Positions 19,428 through 27,978 of a stretch of DNA of 33,531 nt are shown here, piece by piece; positions within the stretch are counted from its first letter, which is position 1, and each line of letters starts with the position of its first letter. This DNA comes from Desulfonatronovibrionaceae bacterium (GTDB taxonomy: Bacteria; Desulfobacterota; Desulfovibrionia; Desulfovibrionales; Desulfonatronovibrionaceae): positions 1 to 33,531 of the forward strand of contig JBKHGE010000024.1 of NCBI GenBank assembly GCA_046539845.1, in the 5' to 3' direction. The position numbers and the translations under genes are program-made. The notes under the pieces are model-generated. The model saw only the letters and a list, made by a program, of their open reading frames with translations, was not told the origin of the DNA and searched no databases.

Positions 19428-20428
19428 GCGAGGATCCGTTTTCGCCAGTTATTGAAGATATTGTGCGGGAAACCGGCCAGACGGATGAACTCCCGACTGA
19501 ACTCAGCCAAAAGCTCAGAATCAGCGGCCAGCTCCTCCACCCTGACCCAGATATTCCAGTCGTAAAGCAGGCTCCAATCCGGCTCGCTCACGCTGCTATT
19601 GGGCAGGCGGTAATGATAGGCGGGCCTGGGCTTGACCAGCTTGTCCCGGGTGTCGAACCCGGAAAGCATCTCCGGCTCCAGATAGGCAAAAAGGGGCATC
19701 ATATCCAGAGAGCGGTTGCGGCTGGGGTTGTAGAGCATATAATCCCGGGCCAGGTCGGACAGCAAAGGCGGGTCGTAGTCCGCATCGACCACCATACGCA
19801 TGTAATCTGCTGGATAGTTGTCAATATACGGCGTGAGCATGCGAACCACATCGGTCTTGCTCTTGGAGCGGATGGCCGGCTCCACCAAAATAAAGGCCCG
19901 CAAGACAGACAGAATACTATCCCTGGTAAGTTCGACCGGCTCAATATTTAAATGCAGACCAAAGGCATAAAATATGGACTCCCGGGTGCCCCTGGCCCGA
20001 GCCCGATACAGTTCGGCCCGCAGCCTGTCCATCTCCGGGATACGGTTCAGGGGAATCGGAGGGGCGACGATCTCGCAGGGCACGAACTCCTGGGCGAATT
20101 TTAGGATGAATTCCTCCAAAGAGCGCTTTTTGTCCCATCTGCCGATGTCCACCCCCACGGAATGCAAAAAATTCTCATAGCGTTTTTCCTTGAGCAGGGA
20201 GGCATCTATCTCGATGCGGAAATCACCGAATGCAGTGTCAGCGATGGAGAGGACAAAGACGCTTTCCTCCTCTATCCGTCCGCCGTACAATTCAGTAATA
20301 ATCCGGGCGGCCTTGAGCGGGCCAAGGCCGGCAAACTCCAGTTCAAATCCCACCCGGCGCCACTTTCCGTCCGGTTTTTTCGGACTCGGGGGGAGCCTTA
20401 AGCGGGAATAGAAATCTATATCCTGCAT
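19403..20428 (-). CDS. Putative amidoligase (COOH-NH2 ligase, glutamine-synthetase-like fold)
   Basis: RRVGFELEF, CEIVAPP, FGLHLN, NPSRNRSLDM and RPAYHYRLPN motifs; start 20428 or 20458. Confidence 0.82.
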   Translation of the reverse strand: MQDIDFYSRLRLPPSPKKPDGKWRRVGFELEFAGLGPLKAARIITELYGGRIEEESVFVLSIADTAFGDFRIEIDASLLKEKRYENFLHSVGVDIGRWDKKRSLEEFILKFAQEFVPCEIVAPPIPLNRIPEMDRLRAELYRARARGTRESIFYAFGLHLNIEPVELTRDSILSVLRAFILVEPAIRSKSKTDVVRMLTPYIDNYPADYMRMVVDADYDPPLLSDLARDYMLYNPSRNRSLDMMPLFAYLEPEMLSGFDTRDKLVKPRPAYHYRLPNSSVSEPDWSLLYDWNIWVRVEELAADSELLAEFSREFIRLAGFPHNIFNNWRKRILAWLAQGRA

Positions 20429-20563
20429 TAAACTAAATTTTAAAGATTTGTGATTCAAACTTTTTGAGCGTTTTACTCGAAAATTAAGGACGGCCCCTCT
20501 TTACTCAATTGAGGATAATTTAATGCCTGAGCAGACTCAACCGAAAATCCGGACAAAAAATCC

Positions 20564-20662
20564 TTGACGAAAAAACCGGGGTTATCTATTAGACGCATTC
20601 GCGTCTGGCGGGAACATGGATATAACCTTTTTCTTGACAACAGAGCCGTTAGAATTTATTAG
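20564..20662 (+). promoter_or_regulatory. Tandem sigma70-like promoters for the tRNA pair
   Basis: TTGACG-17-TATTAG (20564-20592) and TTGACA-17-TATTAG (20634-20662). Confidence 0.65.
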
Positions 20663-20674
20663 CCCACTTCGTGC

Positions 20675-20748
20675 TGGGGGTTCGTCTAGCGGCAGGACGC
20701 CGGGTTCTGGCCCCGGTAACAAAGGTTCGAATCCTTTACCCCCAGCCA
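20675..20748 (+). tRNA. tRNA-Gln (CUG)
   Basis: Acceptor TGGGGGT/ACCCCCA, G73, CCA; anticodon arm CCGGG-TTCTGGC-CCCGG; GTTCGAA T-loop. Confidence 0.96.
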
Positions 20749-20762
20749 ATTTTATATACTGC

Positions 20763-20840
20763 GTCCCCATCGTCTAGCCCGGTCCAGGACACCGGCCTTT
20801 CACGCCGGCGACAGGGGTTCAAATCCCCTTGGGGACGCCA
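20763..20840 (+). tRNA. tRNA-Glu (UUC)
   Basis: Acceptor GTCCCCA/TGGGGAC, G73, CCA; anticodon arm CCGGC-CTTTCAC-GCCGG; GTTCAAA T-loop. Confidence 0.96.
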
Positions 20841-20880
20841 AATCAAGTTTTAAATTTGCAATTTGATTGTAATCCAGTTT

Positions 20881-20917
20881 AAAGGCCTTGGGTATAACGA
20901 ATACCAAAGGCCTTTTT
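20881..20917. terminator. Terminator after the tRNA pair
   Basis: AAAGGCCTT-GGGTAT...ATACCA-AAGGCCTTTTT hairpin between convergent units. Confidence 0.75.
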
Positions 20918-20937
20918 GGTTTAAATGAAGATAAGGG

Positions 20938-21399
20938 CTACGGCGCATTGGAGCTGTTAGTATCCTGGCCGATCACTTGCCCTTTTTTGCTATTGATTAT
21001 TATATCCGTGACCATCTTCTGGGCCTCTTTTGGACTGAGGCTGTCTTTAAAGCCCGGCATGGCCCACCCGAAGAACTTGCCCTTTAAAATGGTCTCCACC
21101 ATCTTATCCTCACGGGTGTTGAGCTGCCAGTCCGGGTCTGTAAAGTCCTGGCCGCTTAATCTCTTGCCCTCCGGACTAACGGCTGAGCCGTCGACCCCAT
21201 GGCACTCGACGCAGTTCTTTTGATAAAAGGCCCGCAAATCCTTCCCATCCTTTTCCTGGGCCAATACAGGTGCAGCGCAAATGGCAGAAAGAAAAACAAT
21301 CAATAATGCCAAACACTTGTTTGGCGCGAGCATCCAAAGAGATACAATTCCTGTCTTAATAGGTTGCCTCATGCTCCGCGGATCAATCACTGGTCTCAT
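20938..21399 (-). CDS. Monoheme class I cytochrome c
   Basis: Signal peptide, CVECH heme motif, distal Met in AMPGF; AAGGAGG RBS. Confidence 0.88.
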   Translation of the reverse strand: MRPVIDPRSMRQPIKTGIVSLWMLAPNKCLALLIVFLSAICAAPVLAQEKDGKDLRAFYQKNCVECHGVDGSAVSPEGKRLSGQDFTDPDWQLNTREDKMVETILKGKFFGWAMPGFKDSLSPKEAQKMVTDIIINSKKGQVIGQDTNSSNAP

Positions 21400-21790
21400 T
21401 CTACCCTCCTTTCGTTTATCCTGTGTTTACTTTATATTATCGGGTTGATGCTGAGTTGAGCCGGAAAGGACAAAATTTACAGAGCTTCAATCTCCTAAGA
21501 CGGGGGCCTATCTGACATGACTGCCCGGTTCTCCCAGTTGCGGTAAGCTCCAAAAAGATGTCCCCTATATCTGAATTAAGCCATTTTATACCCCTCTTTC
21601 CTTCCCCTCAAGCTTTTTGGATCTCAGCCCCGGAATCAATCTTCATCCCTGATGGGTTTTTTCTAAGCACCTCTTTCTCTTAGCTTTCCCTTGCAGAAAA
21701 AAAAATAATCAGGCATGAGTTCTATTAAATGTGAAACCGCCCCATTCGCCAAACAACTGGTGGAAACAAAAACCAGAAGAAGGAGGGGGA

Positions 21791-23449
21791 ATGCAATTCG
21801 ACGTGACCAGTTTGACCCATCGTAGAGCAGACAATCCCTGGGATCGTCTGGCCATTGGGGATATTTCCAAGCGGATGACTTGGAGCTTTCCGCAACAGGA
21901 GGCGCTCATATCCTGGGAGGGGGCTCGTGCCTACGAAGAAAATGCGCGACTGACCTATAAAGAACTGGATGACAAGGCCAACCAATTCGCCAACGCTCTA
22001 CTGGAAAAAGGACTCCAGAGAGCGGACAAGATCTTTATGTTTGCTCTAAACAGCGCAGAGTACTTCATCTCCCAGATAGGAGCGGCAAAAGCGGGCATTG
22101 TGATGGTTCCGGTCAATGTGATGATCGCCCAGGATGTTATCCAGTACATCATAGAACAGACCGAACCGAAATTTACCTTGATCGACGCCCAGTTCTATTC
22201 GAAGCTAAAATATTTTTTTGAACATAACCTCCTAGCACCCGGGGTGACTATTCCCTTGGGCGGCGAGATCATGCCGGGCGGGATCTCCTTTTCTAAATTC
22301 ATCAGCGGCAAATCCAAAAAGGAACCGGAGGTAAACATACACGCCGACGACATCGTGGAGATACTATATACCGCCGGGACTACGGCCATGCCCAAAGGGG
22401 TCATGCTCAGCCATTTGTATCTGTACATGACCTCATTGAGCCACGCGCTGACCCACTCCCGCGGAGCCGGAGTGCTGACCGAATGGGACTACAGGCACGG
22501 GATCTACTACCCAATCTTCCATATTGCAGCCCAGGGAATGCTCCTCTCCACCCTGGTCACCGGCGGTACTTCGGTCATGACCCGCATGCCGGTGGCCAAG
22601 CACATGGTGGAAACCATGAGCGAGGAAAGGCTGACAGCGGTATTCGGGGGTCCGGTGGACTATGCGCGCATAGCCCGGTTGTATGAAGACAATCCACAAA
22701 AATACGCCACCGATTACCTGAGAATCGGCTCCTGTGGATGGGGACCCATGGACCCGGAGGTGGATAAAAAACTAAGGAGTCTATTCGGAAAAGACCTTAT
22801 CCTCCTTTCCTATGACGGGCAGACCGAATGTGTTTACGATACCCGGGGATGGCATCACAAATTCTATGAAAAATATGAGGAAAACGCTCCCGCAGCCAAT
22901 TATCTTGGGGTCTCGCATCCTTTTTATGCCACCAGGATCGTGGATTCGGATATGAACACCGCTCCAAGGGGTCAAACCGGCGAAAAGGTCATGCAGTCTC
23001 CGTGTATGATGGCCGGGTATTATAAAGATAAACAAGGGACAAGAGAGGCGTTTCGAGGCGGGTGGTTCCACGGCGGGGATGCCTGTAGATACGACGAGGA
23101 CGGGGATCTGATCATGACCGATCGTATCAAGGACATTATCAAATCCAGAGGGGAAAACATCTCCACCATAAGGGTGGAAAGCGTGATAAAAACACATCCC
23201 CAGGTGGAAATGGCCGCAGTATTCGGGGTGCCGGACAAAAAACAGGGCGAAGCGGTGGTGGCCGCTGTTGTCTCTCATTCAGGTGAGGGATTGACCGAAG
23301 CTGAAGTCCTAAAATTCTGCCGGAAAAAACTGGCCAATTACGAAACTCCGAGAAAAGTGCTCTTTGTTGAGGAGCTGCCAATATCGGTAGGCTCTAAGGT
23401 CCAGAAGTTCAAACTACGCGAGTGGTACAAAGATCTTTTCCAGGAATAA
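21791..23449 (+). CDS. AMP-binding acyl-CoA synthetase family protein
   Basis: LYTAGTTAMPKGV, GWFHGGD, DRIKDIIKSRGENI; AGGAGG RBS before ATG 21791. Confidence 0.9.
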   Translation: MQFDVTSLTHRRADNPWDRLAIGDISKRMTWSFPQQEALISWEGARAYEENARLTYKELDDKANQFANALLEKGLQRADKIFMFALNSAEYFISQIGAAKAGIVMVPVNVMIAQDVIQYIIEQTEPKFTLIDAQFYSKLKYFFEHNLLAPGVTIPLGGEIMPGGISFSKFISGKSKKEPEVNIHADDIVEILYTAGTTAMPKGVMLSHLYLYMTSLSHALTHSRGAGVLTEWDYRHGIYYPIFHIAAQGMLLSTLVTGGTSVMTRMPVAKHMVETMSEERLTAVFGGPVDYARIARLYEDNPQKYATDYLRIGSCGWGPMDPEVDKKLRSLFGKDLILLSYDGQTECVYDTRGWHHKFYEKYEENAPAANYLGVSHPFYATRIVDSDMNTAPRGQTGEKVMQSPCMMAGYYKDKQGTREAFRGGWFHGGDACRYDEDGDLIMTDRIKDIIKSRGENISTIRVESVIKTHPQVEMAAVFGVPDKKQGEAVVAAVVSHSGEGLTEAEVLKFCRKKLANYETPRKVLFVEELPISVGSKVQKFKLREWYKDLFQE

Positions 23450-23529
23450 AAACAGGCTGGGTCATCCGGGATAATTATCGGCTGTTCCCGGCCCGCATGT
23501 ACATATTTTCCCTTTCAATGTGGTCGGAT

Positions 23530-24372
23530 ATGAAAAATGCTGCTCTGGTAATAATCTTGTTTGTCCTGGTTGTCCTTTTTGTGCTGCCCGCTTATTGTAG
23601 CGAGGAGCAAACAGACAACCATGTCCTAAAACAAACCAATTTTAATGCCGGTATGCAAGCTGGGGAAAAAGCTGCGGACAGGCATAAAAACAAGTCTCCT
23701 GAGTATTGGGGAGAAGATGTTCCCGGGGTGGTGACCGGAATAGAGACCAGGGAAAAAATCGCCTTTCTTACCCTGGATGCCTGTGCCGGCGGATTTGATA
23801 GGGATATTATCGGTTTTTTAAAAAAAGAAAAAATCCCCGCCTCTTTATTTGTCACCTCCGACTGGATAGATGAACATCCGGAAAAATTTTTAGGACTTGT
23901 CCGAGACCCCCTGTTTTCAATAGCAAATCACGGCACAAGGCATCGGCCGCTTTCAACTGCAGGGAAAAAGGCCTTCGGAATACAAGGAACAAAAAATACA
24001 CAGGAAATCCTGAAAGAGGTGCTCGGAAACTATTTTAAAATAAAACAAATTACCGGCCACGGGCCTTTATATTTCCGCTCCGGAACAGCATATTACGACG
24101 AAGTGGCCGTGGATATAATCCACGAATTGGGCATGGAGGTAATCGGTTTTAGCGTGGCTGCGGACGAAGGAGGGACTCTGGACAGAGAAGAAATACGAAA
24201 AAACGTACTCAAAACAAAACCGGGCGGGATTATCCTCGCCCATATAAACCAGCCGGGCTCGGATATCGCAAAGGGCTTGTGCGCAGGTATCCGCGCCCTT
24301 AGAAAGCGAGGCTGGGAATTCAAGGCCCTGAAGGAATACGAAGAGGACTTTATCCGGACACAGCCGGACTGA
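23530..24372 (+). CDS. Secreted polysaccharide deacetylase (CE4/NodB)
   Basis: Signal peptide; LTLDAC, IANHGTRH, YFRSG, IILAH motifs. Confidence 0.85.
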   Translation: MKNAALVIILFVLVVLFVLPAYCSEEQTDNHVLKQTNFNAGMQAGEKAADRHKNKSPEYWGEDVPGVVTGIETREKIAFLTLDACAGGFDRDIIGFLKKEKIPASLFVTSDWIDEHPEKFLGLVRDPLFSIANHGTRHRPLSTAGKKAFGIQGTKNTQEILKEVLGNYFKIKQITGHGPLYFRSGTAYYDEVAVDIIHELGMEVIGFSVAADEGGTLDREEIRKNVLKTKPGGIILAHINQPGSDIAKGLCAGIRALRKRGWEFKALKEYEEDFIRTQPD

Positions 24373-24374
24373 AA

Positions 24375-25265
24375 TCAGCTGACCCGGTCCACGATATAGT
24401 CGGTGAGCGAGGCCAGAAAATCACTTTCCTTACCGGAATACGAATCCAGTATCGCGGCTGCAGAGGATACGCTTTGCCGGGCGAACTCTTTACTCTTTTC
24501 CAGGCCGATCAAGGCCGGATACGTGAATTTGCCATGCTTTTCATCGCTTCCCACCGGCTTGCCCATGACTTCCCGATCCCCGGTCACGTCCAGGATATCA
24601 TCTGCGATCTGAAAGGCCAGGCCCACATGCCTGCCAAATTCCCGGGCATCCCCTACTTGGTCCTCATTCCCTCCACCCAGAACAGCCCCGGATACGCAGG
24701 ACGAGGTGAGCAGGGCCCCGGTCTTTAACAGATGCATCCTTTGCAGGCTGGACAATTCCTGCACCCCCTGTCCGGTATATTCCATATCCAGGACCTGACC
24801 GCCGACCATGCCTTCCCCCCCGGCAGCAGCGGCTACCTCGATGAGGGCCTGATTAAGCCTCTCCCCCCGGACTCCGCATTCAAACATGAGCTGAAAGGCC
24901 AAGGTATGCAGGGCATCTCCGGCCAAAATGGCTATGGCCTCACCGTGTACTTTGTGATTGGTGGGCTTTCCACGGCGCAGATCATCATCATCCATTGCCG
25001 GGAGATCGTCGTGGACCAGTGAATAGGTGTGGATACATTCGATGCCCGCTGCAAAAGGCAAAACGCTTTGCTCTTCCGCCCCGAGCATCCCGGCCCAGCT
25101 CAGGCACAGCACTGGCCTGAGCCTCTTGCCTCCGGCCAGCAGACTGTACTGCATGGCTCGGACCAGTTCCTTCGGGATATCTCTGTTCTGGAATGAGTCC
25201 TGGAGGAACCCGTGCACCTCTCCGGCCTTTGCTGACAAATGAGACCTAAACTCACTCTCGGTCAT
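24375..25265 (-). CDS. ispA: Farnesyl/geranyl diphosphate synthase
   Basis: GGKRLRP, SLVHDDLPAMDDDDLRRG, FQIADDILD; start ATG 25265 overlaps the xseB end. Confidence 0.95.
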   Translation of the reverse strand: MTESEFRSHLSAKAGEVHGFLQDSFQNRDIPKELVRAMQYSLLAGGKRLRPVLCLSWAGMLGAEEQSVLPFAAGIECIHTYSLVHDDLPAMDDDDLRRGKPTNHKVHGEAIAILAGDALHTLAFQLMFECGVRGERLNQALIEVAAAAGGEGMVGGQVLDMEYTGQGVQELSSLQRMHLLKTGALLTSSCVSGAVLGGGNEDQVGDAREFGRHVGLAFQIADDILDVTGDREVMGKPVGSDEKHGKFTYPALIGLEKSKEFARQSVSSAAAILDSYSGKESDFLASLTDYIVDRVS

Positions 25266-25485
25266 TCTCTTCCTCCTGCTGTTCCCCGGCATCTAATTCC
25301 TCACTCAGGATGCGGACTTCATATCTGGCCTTTTCCAGCTGCTCCCGGCAGGACCTGGATAAAGCCATGCCCTTCTTAAACAGCTCTACCCCCTGTTCCA
25401 GGGGGAGTTCCCCTTCCTCCAATTTACGGACGATGTCTTCCAACTCCCGGAGGTTTTCTTCAAAAGAAGGCTTTTTTTCAGCCAT
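25252..25485 (-). CDS. xseB: Exodeoxyribonuclease VII small subunit
   Basis: SFEENLRELEDIVRKLEEGELPLE; GGAG RBS. Confidence 0.93.
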   Translation of the reverse strand: MAEKKPSFEENLRELEDIVRKLEEGELPLEQGVELFKKGMALSRSCREQLEKARYEVRILSEELDAGEQQEEENDRE

Positions 25486-25696
25486 GGGGTTCATCTCCGT
25501 CGGTTTAACTTTGTGCCCAAGGCAGTTAATGCACTGCATAGAGTTTTCTGTGTTCCTACACGGATTCCAAAGGAACAACTGCCGGAGGCGAAAGGTATTT
25601 TTTTTCTTGACTGAGAGTACGCTTCAAACAAATGCCCACCATTCAGCCCTGGACTGGAGGGAAACACGCCATTTATGCCCCGGACGAATAGTGAGT

Positions 25697-26614
25697 TTAC
25701 TGCCGACTTTTTTTGAGCATGTATAAAGGATCGACCATCTCCCCCCAAACGCAGATGCCGAAATGCAGATGGGGTCCAGTGGCCCTGCCGGTGTTCCCGG
25801 CCAGGCCAACTAGCGAGCCTTTATCCACCATCTCCCCTTGGTTGACCGATATCTTGCTTAAGTGCATATACAGGGACTGTATCCCGGCTCCATGGTCGAT
25901 GATCACGGTTTTTCCCCCGAAAAAAAAACTCCCGGTCAAGACCACTTCCCCACTGTTGCAAGCCTTAATTTCTTTGCCTTCCGCGGCTCGAAAATCGACC
26001 CCTCGGTGTGGGGAGCGCGGCTTGTCGTTCAAAAACCGGCGTAACCCGAATTCGGACAAAACCTTACCCTGAACCGGATAGACAAAGCGGCCGGAAAAGT
26101 GCTGGCTGGGGGTCATAACGGACAAAGCGGTATTGATGAGCCCTTTTTCCAGGTTGATCCGCTTCAAGGTCTGTTCATCAAAAGAGACCATGTCTTCGGG
26201 CAGATCCAGATGCTGAGCCGGATAGTCCCGTTTTTTGACCCCAACTCTGTGCACAATGGACTCCTCCCCCCTGGGGCCGGTCAGCTCTATTTTTATCTCC
26301 AACGGTCCTTTCTGTTCAAGACCGGCCCGGGACCAAAAGACATTCTCCTTGTCCGGAGTCAAAGGCAGATCAAGGCTTAAATGTTTAAGCTCCAGCTTCA
26401 TCCGTTCAAAACCGCCTTCCGGGTCAACTGCAATCCGGAAGGGCTGACCGTTGAACACTTCTTCCGGCAGGCGCAGAGAATATCCCAAGCTCTCGCTGGG
26501 TGAAAACACGGAAATAATCAAGACAAAAAAGGCGATAGGCAAATAACACCGGGGCAAAACTGGAAAAATCGCCCGAAAAACCGGATCAATGGACAGCAAA
26601 CAAGTCCTGACCAT
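25697..26614 (-). CDS. M23 family metallopeptidase
   Basis: HRGVD, SLYMHL and TGRATGPHLHF zinc motifs; N-terminal hydrophobic segment. Confidence 0.92.
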   Translation of the reverse strand: MVRTCLLSIDPVFRAIFPVLPRCYLPIAFFVLIISVFSPSESLGYSLRLPEEVFNGQPFRIAVDPEGGFERMKLELKHLSLDLPLTPDKENVFWSRAGLEQKGPLEIKIELTGPRGEESIVHRVGVKKRDYPAQHLDLPEDMVSFDEQTLKRINLEKGLINTALSVMTPSQHFSGRFVYPVQGKVLSEFGLRRFLNDKPRSPHRGVDFRAAEGKEIKACNSGEVVLTGSFFFGGKTVIIDHGAGIQSLYMHLSKISVNQGEMVDKGSLVGLAGNTGRATGPHLHFGICVWGEMVDPLYMLKKSRQ

Positions 26615-27976
26615 CTATTTATCCTTTTCAATGCCGGTCACTCGGGCAAATATTGCGCCGCTTTGCACCCGGATGTCCAGATCGTCACCAGCGGTTACTT
26701 GTCGACAGCTGCGGACAAAATCCTTTTCCCCCTGCACCCGGACCAGTGCATAGCCCTTATTTAGAGGCCGATACGGATCTAGTCCGGTCAGCTTCTCATG
26801 CAAAAGGATTCTCCCGGACTCCCGCTCGGACAAATATCCGTGCAAGGATCGTTTCAGTTCCCGGAGCAGATAGTCGATCCGCTGCCTGCGCTCATTCCAG
26901 GTCCGAGGCGCAAACAAGGTTTTGAGTCTGTTCTCCACTCCCTGCAGCCGGTGCTGTGAATCGCGGACAAGACCGTTACAGGAGCGGACCAGTCTACCCT
27001 CTGCCTCGCCCACCCGGTCTAGGGTCCTTTTGAGCTGCCGGCCCGGACCGAGCCAGTTCAAGGCCTTGAGTCCCTGGACCAGTCTTTCCTCTTTGTTGCG
27101 CAAAAAACCGTGCATTGCGTTTAAGAGGGCCGTACTCTGCTCATCCGAGCGCTGATGCAGAGCCGTCCTTTCCGGCCACAGGGCCTGTACCGCATGCGTG
27201 GGAGTGGCCGCCCGCTTGTCCGCGGCCAGATCCGCGATACAGGTATCCACCTCGTGCCCGATGCCGGTCAAAACCGGGAGCCGGGATGCAAAAATCGCCC
27301 GGGCCACACCCTCGGTATTGAATGGCCAAAGATCCTCCAGAGACCCGCCGCCGCGGATCAGGACCGCTACTTCGGCCCGAGACTCGTTATTTACCTGGTT
27401 TAAAGCCAAAACGATTTCCTGTTCCGCGTGTTCGCCCTGGACGTGCACGGGATAGACCAGAATTTCCCCTCCCAGTCCGTATTGTTCGGCCACACGCAAA
27501 AAATCCTGCAGTGCGGCTCCATTGGCAGCGGTTATTACCGCGACCTTTTTCGGGCAGAGAGGCAGGCCTTTTTTGCCCTGCTCGGAAAAAAGACCCTCCT
27601 TGCGGAGCTTTTCCTTCAGGGCCTCGAACTGCATGTGCAGCCCGCCCATGCCCTGTTCCTGAACCAGCTCCGGTATGAGCTGATACGTGCCCCGCGGCAG
27701 ATATACGGACAGTCGGCCGGCGCACACCACTTCGCTACCCTCCTGCAGGGATTGGGCCAGGGGCCTGCCCCGGGAATCCACGGACAGGGCGTGGTTATTC
27801 TTGAACCAAGCCGCAGCTATCACCGCTTCCTCGTCCTTCAGAATAAAATAGATATGCCCGGAACCGGGCCTGGAGATATTGGAGACCTGTCCCCGGACCC
27901 AGACCACGGGAAAGGCGGGCTCCAGGGTATCCTTTACCGCCCGGCTAAGCTCTGTGACAGTAAAAACGTGGGCCAA
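26615..27976 (-). CDS. xseA: Exodeoxyribonuclease VII large subunit
   Basis: SGHIYFILKD, RGGGSLEDLWPFN, GIGHEVD, AATPT. Confidence 0.95.
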   Translation of the reverse strand: MAHVFTVTELSRAVKDTLEPAFPVVWVRGQVSNISRPGSGHIYFILKDEEAVIAAAWFKNNHALSVDSRGRPLAQSLQEGSEVVCAGRLSVYLPRGTYQLIPELVQEQGMGGLHMQFEALKEKLRKEGLFSEQGKKGLPLCPKKVAVITAANGAALQDFLRVAEQYGLGGEILVYPVHVQGEHAEQEIVLALNQVNNESRAEVAVLIRGGGSLEDLWPFNTEGVARAIFASRLPVLTGIGHEVDTCIADLAADKRAATPTHAVQALWPERTALHQRSDEQSTALLNAMHGFLRNKEERLVQGLKALNWLGPGRQLKRTLDRVGEAEGRLVRSCNGLVRDSQHRLQGVENRLKTLFAPRTWNERRQRIDYLLRELKRSLHGYLSERESGRILLHEKLTGLDPYRPLNKGYALVRVQGEKDFVRSCRQVTAGDDLDIRVQSGAIFARVTGIEKDK

Positions 27977-27978
27977 GG

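Noticed and set aside
21400..21790. TPP riboswitch-like GCTGAGA on the minus strand
   Set aside because: The downstream CCTGATC...TAAT...GCG.AGG core is absent and no thiamine gene is adjacent
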